NCBI GenBank assembly: GCA_030141605.1 | Contig: JAQGDQ010000054.1 | Location: forward strand, 62,001-126,000 | Length of the DNA stretch: 64,000 bases | Direction of reading: 5' to 3' | From: Tubiluchus corallicola | Taxonomy: Eukaryota > Animalia > Priapulida | Part shown: piece by piece, positions 38,150 through 48,611 of the stretch | How the letters are laid out: each line of letters opens with the position of its first letter | Numbering within the stretch: the stretch's first letter is position 1 | Translations under genes and position numbers: made by a program | The notes under the pieces: generated by a model | What the model was told of the DNA's origin: nothing | The model's input: the letters and a program-made list of their open reading frames with translations, nothing else | Databases searched by the model: none

Positions 38150-39451
38150 ACTGACAAGAAGTTGAGGTGGCACCCTTATGGCAGTAACAGCTGAGAATGC
38201 TAGTGCTCTGATGAAGTCTCTGGATGTGGTTGTGCAGATGTCTGGTGCGAGTTTGTTCCAAAGTCGTACTGCCCTTCAGTAGAAGAAATATAATGCAGAT
38301 GTTGACTCTTGCTGCTGGTTGAATGAATTTAGTGTTATCCTTGAGCGACAGAGTAATATAGCTTAGTAAACTGATGCCTATCCTGTGATGCAATATGTCA
38401 TGAAAGGTATTTAGCACGTTTGTCAGCAGCGCCTGATTTCTAATGTTTGCCAACCAAGTTCAGAAAGCATCATAGAAATTTCAGAATTTCGGGCGTATTC
38501 ACTACACACATATTGTGCTGCATTTCGCTGAACATGTTTGATATGTTTAATGTCAGTAGTTGTATGTGGGTTCCAGGCTGAATACCATGCTATAGTTTCC
38601 ATCTTCCCTGAGTTTGATATGCTCTTTCTTTGACTTGTTGATAACATGGCTGGAGTGTCCCGAGAATAACGTTGAGATTCCTAGTTACACATGCAGCAAT
38701 TTCATGGCAATGCTCAGTCCATCAAAGATTAGCACTGATAGTAATCCTTAGATATGGATGTGAAGAACCATGTTCCAGAATTTTATCACACGTAATGTAA
38801 GGGTAGTAAGCAGGGTGTTTCTTTTGAGTGATAGCTAAAATCTTGCATAAACAATGTTAAAGTCCACCAGCCAATTTTTTCTCCCTACTTGAAGATGTGA
38901 GAAGACCTGTTGCAAAATATAGTCATCCTGATTACTCTAAATACTCTATAGAGAATCGAGTCGTCAGCAAAGAATCAGATGTTTAAAGGTATGCTGTCAT
39001 CGATATCGTTTACGTAGAGGAGAAATAAGGCCAGTCCACCAACTGGGCCTTGTGGGACTCACAATGTAACACTTATAGCTCTGAAATGGATACCACTGGC
39101 ATACACCTTCTGTGTATGACCAGAGAGAAATGATTTAACACAGTGTAGCATGTAACCTCTAACACAATAGACTGCTAGGTAAGAGAAGCTGATGTGGAGC
39201 CCGACATAATGCTTTGCTAAAATCAAGCAGTACAGTATCAACCTGATAGATTCTATTGTAACACTTATAGATCTGAAATGGATACCACTGGCAGACACCT
39301 TCTGTGTCTGACCAGAGAGAAATGATTTAACACAGTGCAGCATGTAACCTCTAACACAATGGAATGCTAGGTAAGAGACACTGATGTGGAACCCGACCTA
39401 ATGCTTTGCTGAAATCAAACAGAACAGTATCAACCTGACAGATTCTATTGT
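38150..39451 (-). mobile_element. Decayed CR1/L2-type LINE ORF2, 3' portion (RT and C-terminus)
   Basis: Minus-strand fragments: VDTVLFDFSKALGRVPH, VPQGPVGGLALFLLYVNDI...FFADDS (about 39058-38958), and AWNPH..IKHVQRNAAQYV..MLSELGWQTLEIRR. Stops and frameshifts are present. Ends are approximate. Confidence 0.88.
39065..39451. repeat. Tandem duplication, 2 x 192 bp, inside the LINE RT
   Basis: TGTAACACTTATAG..GATTCTATTG starts at 39065 and again at 39257, with scattered substitutions between the copies. Confidence 0.93.
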
Positions 39452-39766
39452 CTTGTTTGTGAGTTAAAGTGAAGGTTGACAACAAAAATACTTCTGTTTC
39501 CATCTAGTCGCTCAGGTAATATCTTTTTGTATTACAAAGCTTGATTTTATTACACATACTTATTAGACACAATCATATAAAAGAATATTTTTTAATTTAA
39601 AATGTAAAATGCAATTATTATTATAAAAGTCATTGTTTTGGCAAGGACGCAGACACATTTTTCTAAGGCAAACTCTCAGATAGGGTTGACATTCTGTATG
39701 CTAAAAAAGCAATAAAAAATGCGCATTGAAAAAATACAAAACATTACTGCTAACCAGTGGGAAGTA

Positions 39767-40510
39767 CCGCATTTTCCCGCGTATAAGAGACCCTTTTTTG
39801 CTCAGAATTTTCACTTTAAAAATAGGGGGTCTCTTATACATGGGAGTAAGTCTTTTCAATAAGATGCATAAATCAAGATGGTATGAAGATGTGGTGGGAG
39901 AAGATTTGGACGAAAAGACCTGGAGCCCTTTTGAGAAAACCCGCTCTCCTTGTCTTTGACCAGTTCAGAGCCCACCTGACAGAAGAGACGAAGAAGCTGG
40001 CTGCACAATCAAAAACTCGGTTGGCTGTCATTCCCGGTGGATTAACCAGCCAGTTGCAACCCTTTGATGTCTCCATCAACAAACCTTTCAAGAATCTGAT
40101 GCGAGAGGAGTGGACGAAGTGGATGCAAGATGCCGACTCCAATCTGACACCAACTGGCAAGGTAAGAAAGCCAACCCTTCGAGAAGTCTGCAGCTGGGTC
40201 CTCAAGGCATGGAATGGTGTAAAGCCAGAGGTCATTATTAAATCTTTCAAGAAGTGTGGCATCTCCAATGCCATGGACGGCACAGAGGACAATGCCATTT
40301 TTGAGCAGAGTGACTCCTCTGATGATGAACTGGCTGGAATTGCTGAAGGTCTGACTCCAGTTGATATTTTTGATGAGAGTGATGAGGAATTTAATGATTT
40401 CTATGATGAATAAAGTTATTCATTACCAAAAAACTTTTTTCCAGAATTTTTGCCTAAAAATTGAAGGGGTCTCTTATACACAAGGGTCTCTTATACATGG
40501 GAAAATACGG
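39767..40510 (+). mobile_element. Non-autonomous pogo-superfamily (Tc2/POGK/Passer-like, DD35D) DNA transposon, internally deleted
   Basis: TA target duplication (39765-66, 40511-12). 27-bp TIRs CCGCATTTTCCCGCGTATAAGAGACCC versus CCGTATTTTCCCATGTATAAGAGACCC. Subterminal GGGTCTCTTATACA repeats. Contains ORF 39883-40413. Confidence 0.93.
39883..40413 (+). pseudogene. C-terminal half of a pogo-type DDE_1 transposase
   Basis: LLVFDQFRAH..IPGGLTSQLQPFDVSINKPFK..TPTGK..AW..IKSFKKCGISNAMDGTED plus an acidic tail, with 35 residues between the second and third Asp. The HTH domain and first Asp are missing. Confidence 0.9.
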
Positions 40511-40714
40511 TAAATACTTTGATTTCAATTGATTTTAAATGTTTCATGACTCAGCTTTAAACATTCACAAAGCTTTAAGAAAAAATTTTCCTCCCTCCCT
40601 ACTGACATCTTTTGACCTCATGAGAGAAAAGACAGAAAAAAAAATTTTCATGGCCGGCCTAATGCCTAGTCATGTGCAGCTTTTGTCAGCTGGGTCGCAC
40701 CTGAAAAGTACATT

Positions 40715-41400
40715 CGAAAACTAGGTTATATCCCGTCATTGATGTTGTAGTTGTGAAGGTGTTGACATGTGACAGGTAAACATAGTCCATTATTTTACAA
40801 ACTATACAGGTTAATGAGATCGGTCTGTAATCTGGCACTGAAGACATAGGTCCTTTTTTTATGTACATCAGTAACACAAGTTTTCCAGTCATCAGCCATT
40901 CGCTAAGGTGTTAAAAGATAGTTAGAAGATGAACTGTAACATTGGTGCAAATTCTCTGACATAATCATGAAAAATGCGAGCTAGTAATTCATCAGGTGCA
41001 GTGGTTTTATTTGGATTGACATACGTAAGCTAACATACAACATCTTCTAGTCCAATTGTCGACCTTCAATTGACGGGGATGGTGATTCCGGAAGTTCGAG
41101 TATATTGCCTCTTTCTTGCGTGAACGGAGCCTGGAAATAACTACTAAGTGCATCAGCCTTGGCTTTGTTGGAAACATAGAACTTGTTTTCATCGTTGAGA
41201 GCAGGTATTGCAATATTCTCATTATCTGTGATCCGTAAATGGCTCCAAAAGCATTTTGGACTCTGTGAATGATGCACCAATGACATCATCGATGATCCAA
41301 TCCTGGGGTATTTTAATTCTTTTTGCCTTGATGAACAGACGATCCTGTGACCCATGTTAGGTGATGGCAAGCACTTGACATCTTACTCAGAATGTTTTGT
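40715..41400 (-). mobile_element. Decayed LINE ORF2, upstream portion (same element as 38150-39451)
   Basis: PKCFWSHLR..KAKADALSSYF..FTQE and PDYRPISLTCIVCKIM are motifs that precede and begin the RT domain. They are collinear with, and on the same strand as, the downstream fragment. Confidence 0.85.
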
Positions 41401-44294
41401 TCCATGACAGATAGCATATTAGTTATGAAAATGTTTAATTTGCATTTATGCTATAATAGTATGGATCTCTAGAGAGGAAAGTTCAGTAATTTATACTAAT
41501 TTGGATTTTAGTCCATTGACCTTGCACCAGTGATATTGATAAATTTTATGTGAAAGGTAGAAAGTACAACTAAGGTTTGCATACAGTTCAAATTTCATGA
41601 TATTCTGATTTCTCACAACTGTGGCTGTAAACACTTTGTTTACTATGAGAGGTGAGATCCAAGTATTATCTTTACTCGAGTCGCATGATTCCTCGTTGCA
41701 AATGTTGTAAGAAAAAGATTAAGAATCACTTTTGTTTCACACACATGCACAGTAATACTAACAGTACTACATAAGACACAACAAAAGAATGACAAAGGCG
41801 AGGGATACACATGACCAGTCCAACATACATCGGTTTTGTACATGTTGCCCTTATTCTAATATTAAACTTTATAATATACTGTAATTGTACAGTAATCAGA
41901 AATAATTATGATACGGGACAATTATAGGTAATGCTCTGCCATCCTATCAAGTAATGCCTGGTGGGGCACAGCAGTCTGAGGATTTATAGGTACCTAGTGC
42001 CAGTAGTGGTTGTACCAGTCCATATCGCAAAGATTAAAGTCTCCGCCTATAACAATAAGTGGTGATGGCCAAAAACAGCAATAATTTATTAAAATTATTA
42101 TCAACTTTTATGTTATACTATACTTTATAGTTTTAACTAAAATCAATTGTATAAATGAAAAAATATAACCCAACCTTCTTTAAGTTGTGTGAACACTGAA
42201 GAATGTATTCATTTTGTCATTTAATAAACAAACATCAGTTCCGTACTTAGTTTCTTGGAATTCATTCACTACAAAATTATTGAAAGAAACGAACAGTCAA
42301 CAAAAAAATCTGCAAAACATGGCCATATGCAATAGTGCATGACGGGAAATTTACAGAAGCTGGGCTTTCATTCGTCAGCAATATTCCCTTTTCATTTTTT
42401 TCGATTTTGTTTCCCATAAGCTTATGTAGCAGTAAGCAGTAAACACTAGTGTAAACGGTGGCCAACTGCCATTGCTGGGCAATTTTCTGTACAACAACTA
42501 TGATTAATATAGTCCGGCATATCAATAAACATTAATACTAATTGAACTTATTAGTTCAACAATATTCAATTCAATTTTATTTGCACAAATACGTACAATA
42601 TACATTGGCAAAACAACACACGTTAAATATTACGTCAACCAAAAAAAATTACAATAGGTTGTGTGTAAAGTTATTTTCATAGACAAATGTTAAGATACGG
42701 TATACTGATACAAAAACCACAGTTACATAAAAATTGTATAATTTAGCAACGAAAAAAGAAAAATGACTTAAAAGTAATAGATATCTGTACCATCTTTTTA
42801 ATAGCATAGCAAAGATTATAAAAATAACATAATGAGAGTTGAAAATAATTTGGTTAGTGTTTGCTGCCAAAGTGCTGTTTTCTTCTTCCCTAGGAATCGG
42901 AGTTGTTGCCAAAAAATATTTTTACCTTGTTTTTAGAAAGTCTCAAGAAATGTTGTGTATTAGGGTCTCAAAAATGTTTTGAACACATTGCATTTTAATT
43001 GTTGCTGTTTTTATGAAATTATCAACGAGATGACTAATTTACAAAATAACATAATTATTGTTAAATATTTTTGAGATGTTGTAAAAATGATGTGTATTTA
43101 CTGAGACCCACAAAGTTACACTTTACTAGTTTCTTTCTTCAGTTTCAATAGGCTGCATCATCTAATTGTATAACATTCGTTGGTACTGATCTGAAATCAT
43201 GACTGTGATTTCAGTAATATACTTTTAGAAGCATATTATTCAAGGCTTCGTTAGACTCACGAGTTTCATTACTGATTTAAGGTGCTGACTTATTGTTTTT
43301 GACATTAAACTCATTATGTGAAAGCCTCACAACGTTTAACTGAAGTTTATAAATTAATACTGCGAGATCCATCTACTGTAACAGTAAATTTTTAAGATAA
43401 CGTTATAATATCAACGAGTTCACATTATGTGCTGCATGTACCTTAATTGTGGCAGTCTTTTCAGTAGATAACTAATAAAGAAAGAGTGGCAGGCCCATGC
43501 TAAAGGTAGCATTTCCCAAACCCCTATTGAGTGTTCTAGGTGCACCCTTGCCGTACCCAGTGACGGTGGCAAAATCTAACGCTAGCGAATGTAAGCAAAA
43601 TTGAATATTTATTTTAAACTCAAAACATAATCTAGCACTACAATCCACTCTTTTATTTTATATATAATTTGTCGTAGTCAAAACTGAGCATGCAAAATTG
43701 TTAAATCAGAGAATAAAATGTTACCAAGATATGTGAATGGGCCAGAAGAGTGGCTGAGTGGTTACAAGGTGTACGACTGTACGTACTTAATACACATGCA
43801 GATCACAATAGGTAGTGACCCAGGTCCCCCTAGCCTCTGTCTCCCAAACCCTTGCTGGCTGACATATAAGTAGCACTAGCTGGACCAGTATACCTATAAT
43901 GGACTTACATACATGGGCTGGCAGGACACTTTAAGGTGACTTCATCAGCCAGGTAATTTAGGCTGCATACAAAACAAAGGTGGCTAAGGTATCTTGCTAG
44001 TGCAACTAGCTATAGTCTGTTAATAATTAAAGGAGTAACTATGTTCCAGTCACTCCACAATCGTTAATATTTGTACAGAACGTAACATTAATCTTTTGCT
44101 ATAGGAAAGGATACAAAAACAACAAGTAATTACTTTATTAATTTTGTTAGTGCAATACGAAAGCCTTACTGAATCAACTGAAAATCTATTGTGCCTAATT
44201 TGAAACCCCACACGTGCCACCCAACTTGCAACCTTCAGTGACAGGTATGATTATCATTTTTGTGTGCCCCCTGACAAGAGGTTACATTGCACCT

Positions 44295-44318
44295 GTAGTA
44301 GTAGTAGTGATAGTAGTG

Positions 44319-44382
<64 letters not shown>

Positions 44383-44386
44383 CAGT

Positions 44387-44432
<46 letters not shown>
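44295..44432. repeat. Compound trinucleotide microsatellite (GTA)n(GCA)n
   Basis: Directly visible. It explains the overlapping poly-V/A, poly-S, poly-L, poly-Y/C and poly-T ORFs. Confidence 0.98.
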
Positions 44433-44440
44433 CCAAAGTG

Positions 44441-44768
44441 TATAAAGAGGAAGTGACGAAACACCTATTGTTACGTATTTCATTTTTGCGATTAGCGGCT
44501 ATGCTGGCGGCATCAAACGGCGATTCAGTAAAAAATTTGGAGCACCGCATTGACTGTAATAATAATAATATTATTAAGTTCACCAGTAGTGTTGGCATAC
44601 GTGCAATTTTGATAAGCCAAACTCACTTTTGCGTTTTTAATAAAAGAAGTATATCTCAATTAAAAGCAATTATTAGTTTAAAAAACTGAAAACATTTCAT
44701 GAAAAGGAAAAAATTTGTAGCAATAAGCATTATGTACTTGCAAATGCCTGTTCAGTTTTCTTGTAAGT
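44441..44768 (+). promoter_or_regulatory. Second candidate promoter / 5' UTR exon patch
   Basis: TATAAA (44441), ETS-CRE-like GGAAGTGACG (44449-44458), YY1-like ATGCTGGCGGC (44501), a CpG cluster, and a plus-strand donor GTAAGT at 44763. Confidence 0.35.
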
Positions 44769-44871
44769 AAAATTTTATTGCTTTTCCTGAGGAAAGAGGC
44801 TAGCTGACTGCGTGATTGATGGGCTGCCTGCTATGTAAAAAAGTAATGCATTTTTCATTGATTTATTGATT

Positions 44872-44929
44872 TTTCTCTCCCTCCCTCTCTTAGAGAGAAA
44901 GAGAGGGAGAGAGAGAGAGAGAGAGAGAG
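44872..44929. repeat. (CT)n followed by (GA)n microsatellite
   Basis: TTTCTCTCCCTCCCTCTCT TA GAGAGAAAGAGAGGGAGAGAGA...; the two arms are partly self-complementary. Confidence 0.9.
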
Positions 44930-45136
44930 TTAAAAGAAAGACGAAACTATGAACTATGAATTTATTTCACACATCAAAATACAATATTGTACACATAAAT
45001 AAACAATAAATAAAATGATTTGAGTAGTGTGAGGTGAATGTACGACTATACGGTCATTAACACACTCACCTTACTTAAATGAAAATGAAAAAATTATTAA
45101 AGATATGCGTGCTTTTGTAGTTGACTCAATGAAATT

Positions 45137-45296
45137 GATGTAATAAAGTAATAATAGCAAGGAAACATAAGAAAAACATAATATGGAATTACGATTTTGA
45201 TATAAATATTGAAATAATTTTGACATAAAGTAAATGATGTAATAAATAGCAAGGAAACATAAGGAAAACATAATATGTAATTACGATTTTGATATA
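45137..45296. repeat. Short direct duplication, period about 92 bp
   Basis: ATAGCAAGGAAACATAAG(A/G)AAAACATAATATG(G/T)AATTACGATTTTGATATA occurs at 45154 and 45246. Confidence 0.9.
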
Positions 45297-46519
45297 TGCT
45301 GCGATGAATGAATAATTTCATTTAAATTGATTTATACCTTACTAATAAAGTAACAAAGGTCGTAATGATACCTATTAGCAAAAGAAAAACATTAGTGCAA
45401 AAAATGACCAAATTCAAGCTGTCATATCGTCCATGCATAACTCAATATGAGAAAAACATGCAAAATAATAACAATAACACTAAATAAAAATAATAAAAAA
45501 CAAACTAAATAAAATGAAAAGCAAGCTAGCCAAACAGAAATTTAAACAAACTTTCAAATAAGGAACTGAATCAAGCTGCAAAGTACATGCATTAAAATAA
45601 TACTAAAGAGTCTAATTAATAAACAAAACAAAAGAACATTATACAAGTACATATTTTACACGTAAGCAAACTGTATTTAATGAACATTTATTTTGATGTA
45701 AGCCTAACTGAATCTTAAAAAATTAGGCCAAATATAAGTAATGTCTGCACATGATATTATAAGGTATTATGACACGCGTGCAGATTCTAATTTATGCTTC
45801 TCGCCTGAATTCTTTAACTAGGTTTTGACATAGTTAGTTGGTTGTTATAGAGGTGGAAGTTATGTCGGCTGCTTAGGATGACAGCTCTGATGTTTCCTTC
45901 AGTTATTTTTTGTTCACTGATAATAAAAAAGAGGAGTAATGTCGTAAATGCATCTCTGCTTGTTCAACGTAATTTTATAACTAACTCAAACTCATAACAA
46001 AGGCCAACGTATGATTATATGCTTTTTAAACATTTTTTAACTTGGAATTAACAAAACATGCAGATGCTTAGATTAAGTTATGTTCTGGAAAATTATTTGC
46101 TCTTCTGAAAAAATCGATTTTTTTCTATGAAAGGTATTACACATGAAAGTCAGGCCTAATATTTCTTCAAGTTATATTTCCTGATAAGAACATGTGAAAT
46201 AGAAATGTTTTTTAGAAAAAATATTTCTCCAGAAATCGAATACTACATGAGCCAGGTATTCTTTCTTTTGATCAACTTTCTTAACTTCTTTTGTAAATAA
46301 GCCTATTAATTTTTATGAGATATGATTATAATAATTTTTATTTTAACTACAAATTATTCTTAATGCCTTATGCTTGCTTTAAATAATATTCAAAAAGATA
46401 ACAGCTGCTATAAATCGCCAAAGAGCGATGTAGGCCTTGCAGTCTTTGCTTAGCGTACAAAATATTTAACTAGTAACAAAAGTTTCAAAACTGTGTTATA
46501 ATTAACATTTTATTATAAT

Positions 46520-47110
46520 TACCTGGCTGCATCCTTGCGAAATTTAAAAAGATATTTTTTGTGTCTTTGCAACTCACTGCTGAGCAATTTATGAGCCCCT
46601 GTTAACCGGGCTGGTTTTGATGGTCTCATCAATTCATCTGCTACAGTACCCACAGCCTGCGCTGTTGCGTACCTGACAACAACAGGCCGTACTGAATAGC
46701 CGCTAGGGCGACACTAACTGCGCGAACTACTGCGGAGAAGATTTCCCTACTTTATTGTGTATACTTTGGTAGTACCCCAAAAGAGTACCTGTTTACGTTT
46801 ACGTTGCATAAGATGTGCCATATTGGTATTTTTGCGCACATTGCTTTGGCATGCTTTTGCGAAATTTGTTTTTTTTTAATAATCTGGATTGGATTAATAA
46901 TCTGAGAAGTATTATAATTTCAAACCGTTCTTAGGTCTTTTATTCATTTATTTATTTGTTTGTTGTGCTCCAGCTATTATAAATCAATAATATATTATAA
47001 ATTACAATAATAGATCAGGATAGGGAGGACCAAAGGGTTATCTACTCTTGATTTTGATTTTTCGCGCCGCAGTTGTGAAGACATGTTTTTGTGATCCGGA
47101 AATTTAGGAA
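46520..47110. promoter_or_regulatory. Candidate promoter / 5' UTR exon region between the divergent ANKIB1 and QTRT2 genes
   Basis: Locally CpG-rich. Contains E2F-like TTTCGCGC (47060-47067), ETS-like CCGGAAAT (47096-47103) and minus-strand donors CAG|GTAATT (46521) and CAG|GTACGC (about 46671). Both genes have a splice acceptor just before their ATG (37072, 48582), so upstream non-coding exons are implied. Confidence 0.45.
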
Positions 47111-47823
47111 TTTAAAAACACTACTATACATTTATAATTTGTGTTCATGAGTATTTGTGAGCAAAATAGCGTGAAAAATAATTATGTCTGGGAAGTGTTA
47201 AGTTCAATTAGTACTCTAGCAGAGAACATTTGCAAGATAAAAGTGGAAATTATTGGAAATTCAAAAATCAAGATGGAATGTGAAGCTAACAGCATAAGAG
47301 CTGAAAGTTCGTCGTACCTATCAGATTATTTTATCTGGAGAATTAAGGCTAGAGTCTAGACGTAGATCAATAGTAAGGACATTGAAAAGACAGAAACTGT
47401 AAATTAATTCCCTATTAACCTCATGAAATTATGAAAACATGACAAATTAGAGATAAGGAAAAGTATCAGAACAGTTGAGTTATAATCAATTTTATTACAA
47501 ATTCACAGAGGCACCAAAATTAATTACAATTACTAACTTAAGGTTTTTTAAGGCTAAAATGACAAGCTGTGCTATTGGTGAAAGGGATGCAGCAGTAGCT
47601 AATAAGAAGTACACTTAGGAGTCACGATGGCTTGGTGACAAAAGGCAGCTTAGATTATATACTAATATTTTTTTCTTAGGGGGGTAAGTAGTCAAGTAAA
47701 ACTAGTTTGCATGTATGAATTAGAATAAACAATAATAAATATAACATTCACTATAAGGTTATACCCAAACATCTCTATAATAGTGCACTAATTTACTAAA
47801 CTTACTGAACAAAGTGTAATGTA

Positions 47824-48291
47824 ATGATACAGAACACGAGGATAGACAGAGCATTGTGTGATTTTGTGCAAGTGGTAGATGAAGCTTTAACTGAGAAAAA
47901 TGGAGAAAAGTCAGAAAGTAAAACTCAAAAGGAGAATGGAGAAGAGGAAAGAAAGGAAAGGAAAATAAGTGGGGCTGAAGTGTGCAGTAAATGTGTGAAA
48001 GGAGTGGCGATTGGTGAAGATGGAATGTACTGTTTCTGGTGCGAGAAATGGTTGCACAGAGAGTGTATTGGCATGTAAAAGAAAGTGTTAGGCACAGCAA
48101 GTGCATTAGTTATAAATGACAGTTTGCATTGGTTTTGCAATAAGTGCGAAGAAGAGGTGAAGAAGTTAAAGGAAGGCATAGGAATGCAAAAAAGTACACA
48201 GCTGTTGAATGAAGTACAATTAGAAAATCTGGAAGAAGAGATGAAATGCAAAGTAGATTTGTACATCATTAATGTTAATCTTGATATTTAA
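47824..48291 (+). pseudogene. PHD-finger remnant, probably ORF1 of a CR1/L2-type LINE
   Basis: ORFs 47824-48078 and 48085-48291 share a frame and join across one TAA. They give CSKC..CFWCEKWLHRECIGM*..LHWFCNKC (C4HC3) followed by a coiled-coil-like segment. Confidence 0.72.
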
Positions 48292-48611
48292 GCTAGCTTA
48301 TGAATGGTTAATTAGTCTGGTATTTGTAAATTAAATTACAGCTGTAACAGTAACTGTTATATTATAACTGTGCTAATAGGTTAGGGTTCTTGTCATTTAC
48401 TTGTTCAAATTTCCTGAGCATAACACTTGCTAACTTAAAGATCGTGAGCTTGTCTGAGCTCATGACTACATGTGTGCAGTGTGGGAACTGTACAAATAGT
48501 ACAGATCTTTATATAACTTTTAAATTATGTAACATGTACATTACTTGGCCAATTTCACACTAATGGATTTTTGCTTTTTCAGGTGAAGCTTTTTGTTGCA
48601 AAGAGTTCGTC

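Noticed and set aside
43740-43960. A-box-like GTGGCTGAGTGGTTA and SINE-like body (similar hints at 30530-30840 and 41950-42070)
   Set aside because: No clear B box or ends; probably old SINE debris, but not supportable without a repeat library.
44214-44689. Five overlapping ORFs with poly-V/A, poly-C/Y, poly-L, poly-S and poly-T
   Set aside because: Artefacts of the (GTA)n(GCA)n microsatellite; there is no other coding signal.
43946-46527. 13-bp inverted match CAGCCAGGTAATT at 43946 and about 46527
   Set aside because: Too short and resembles a splice-donor consensus; there is no TSD or extension.
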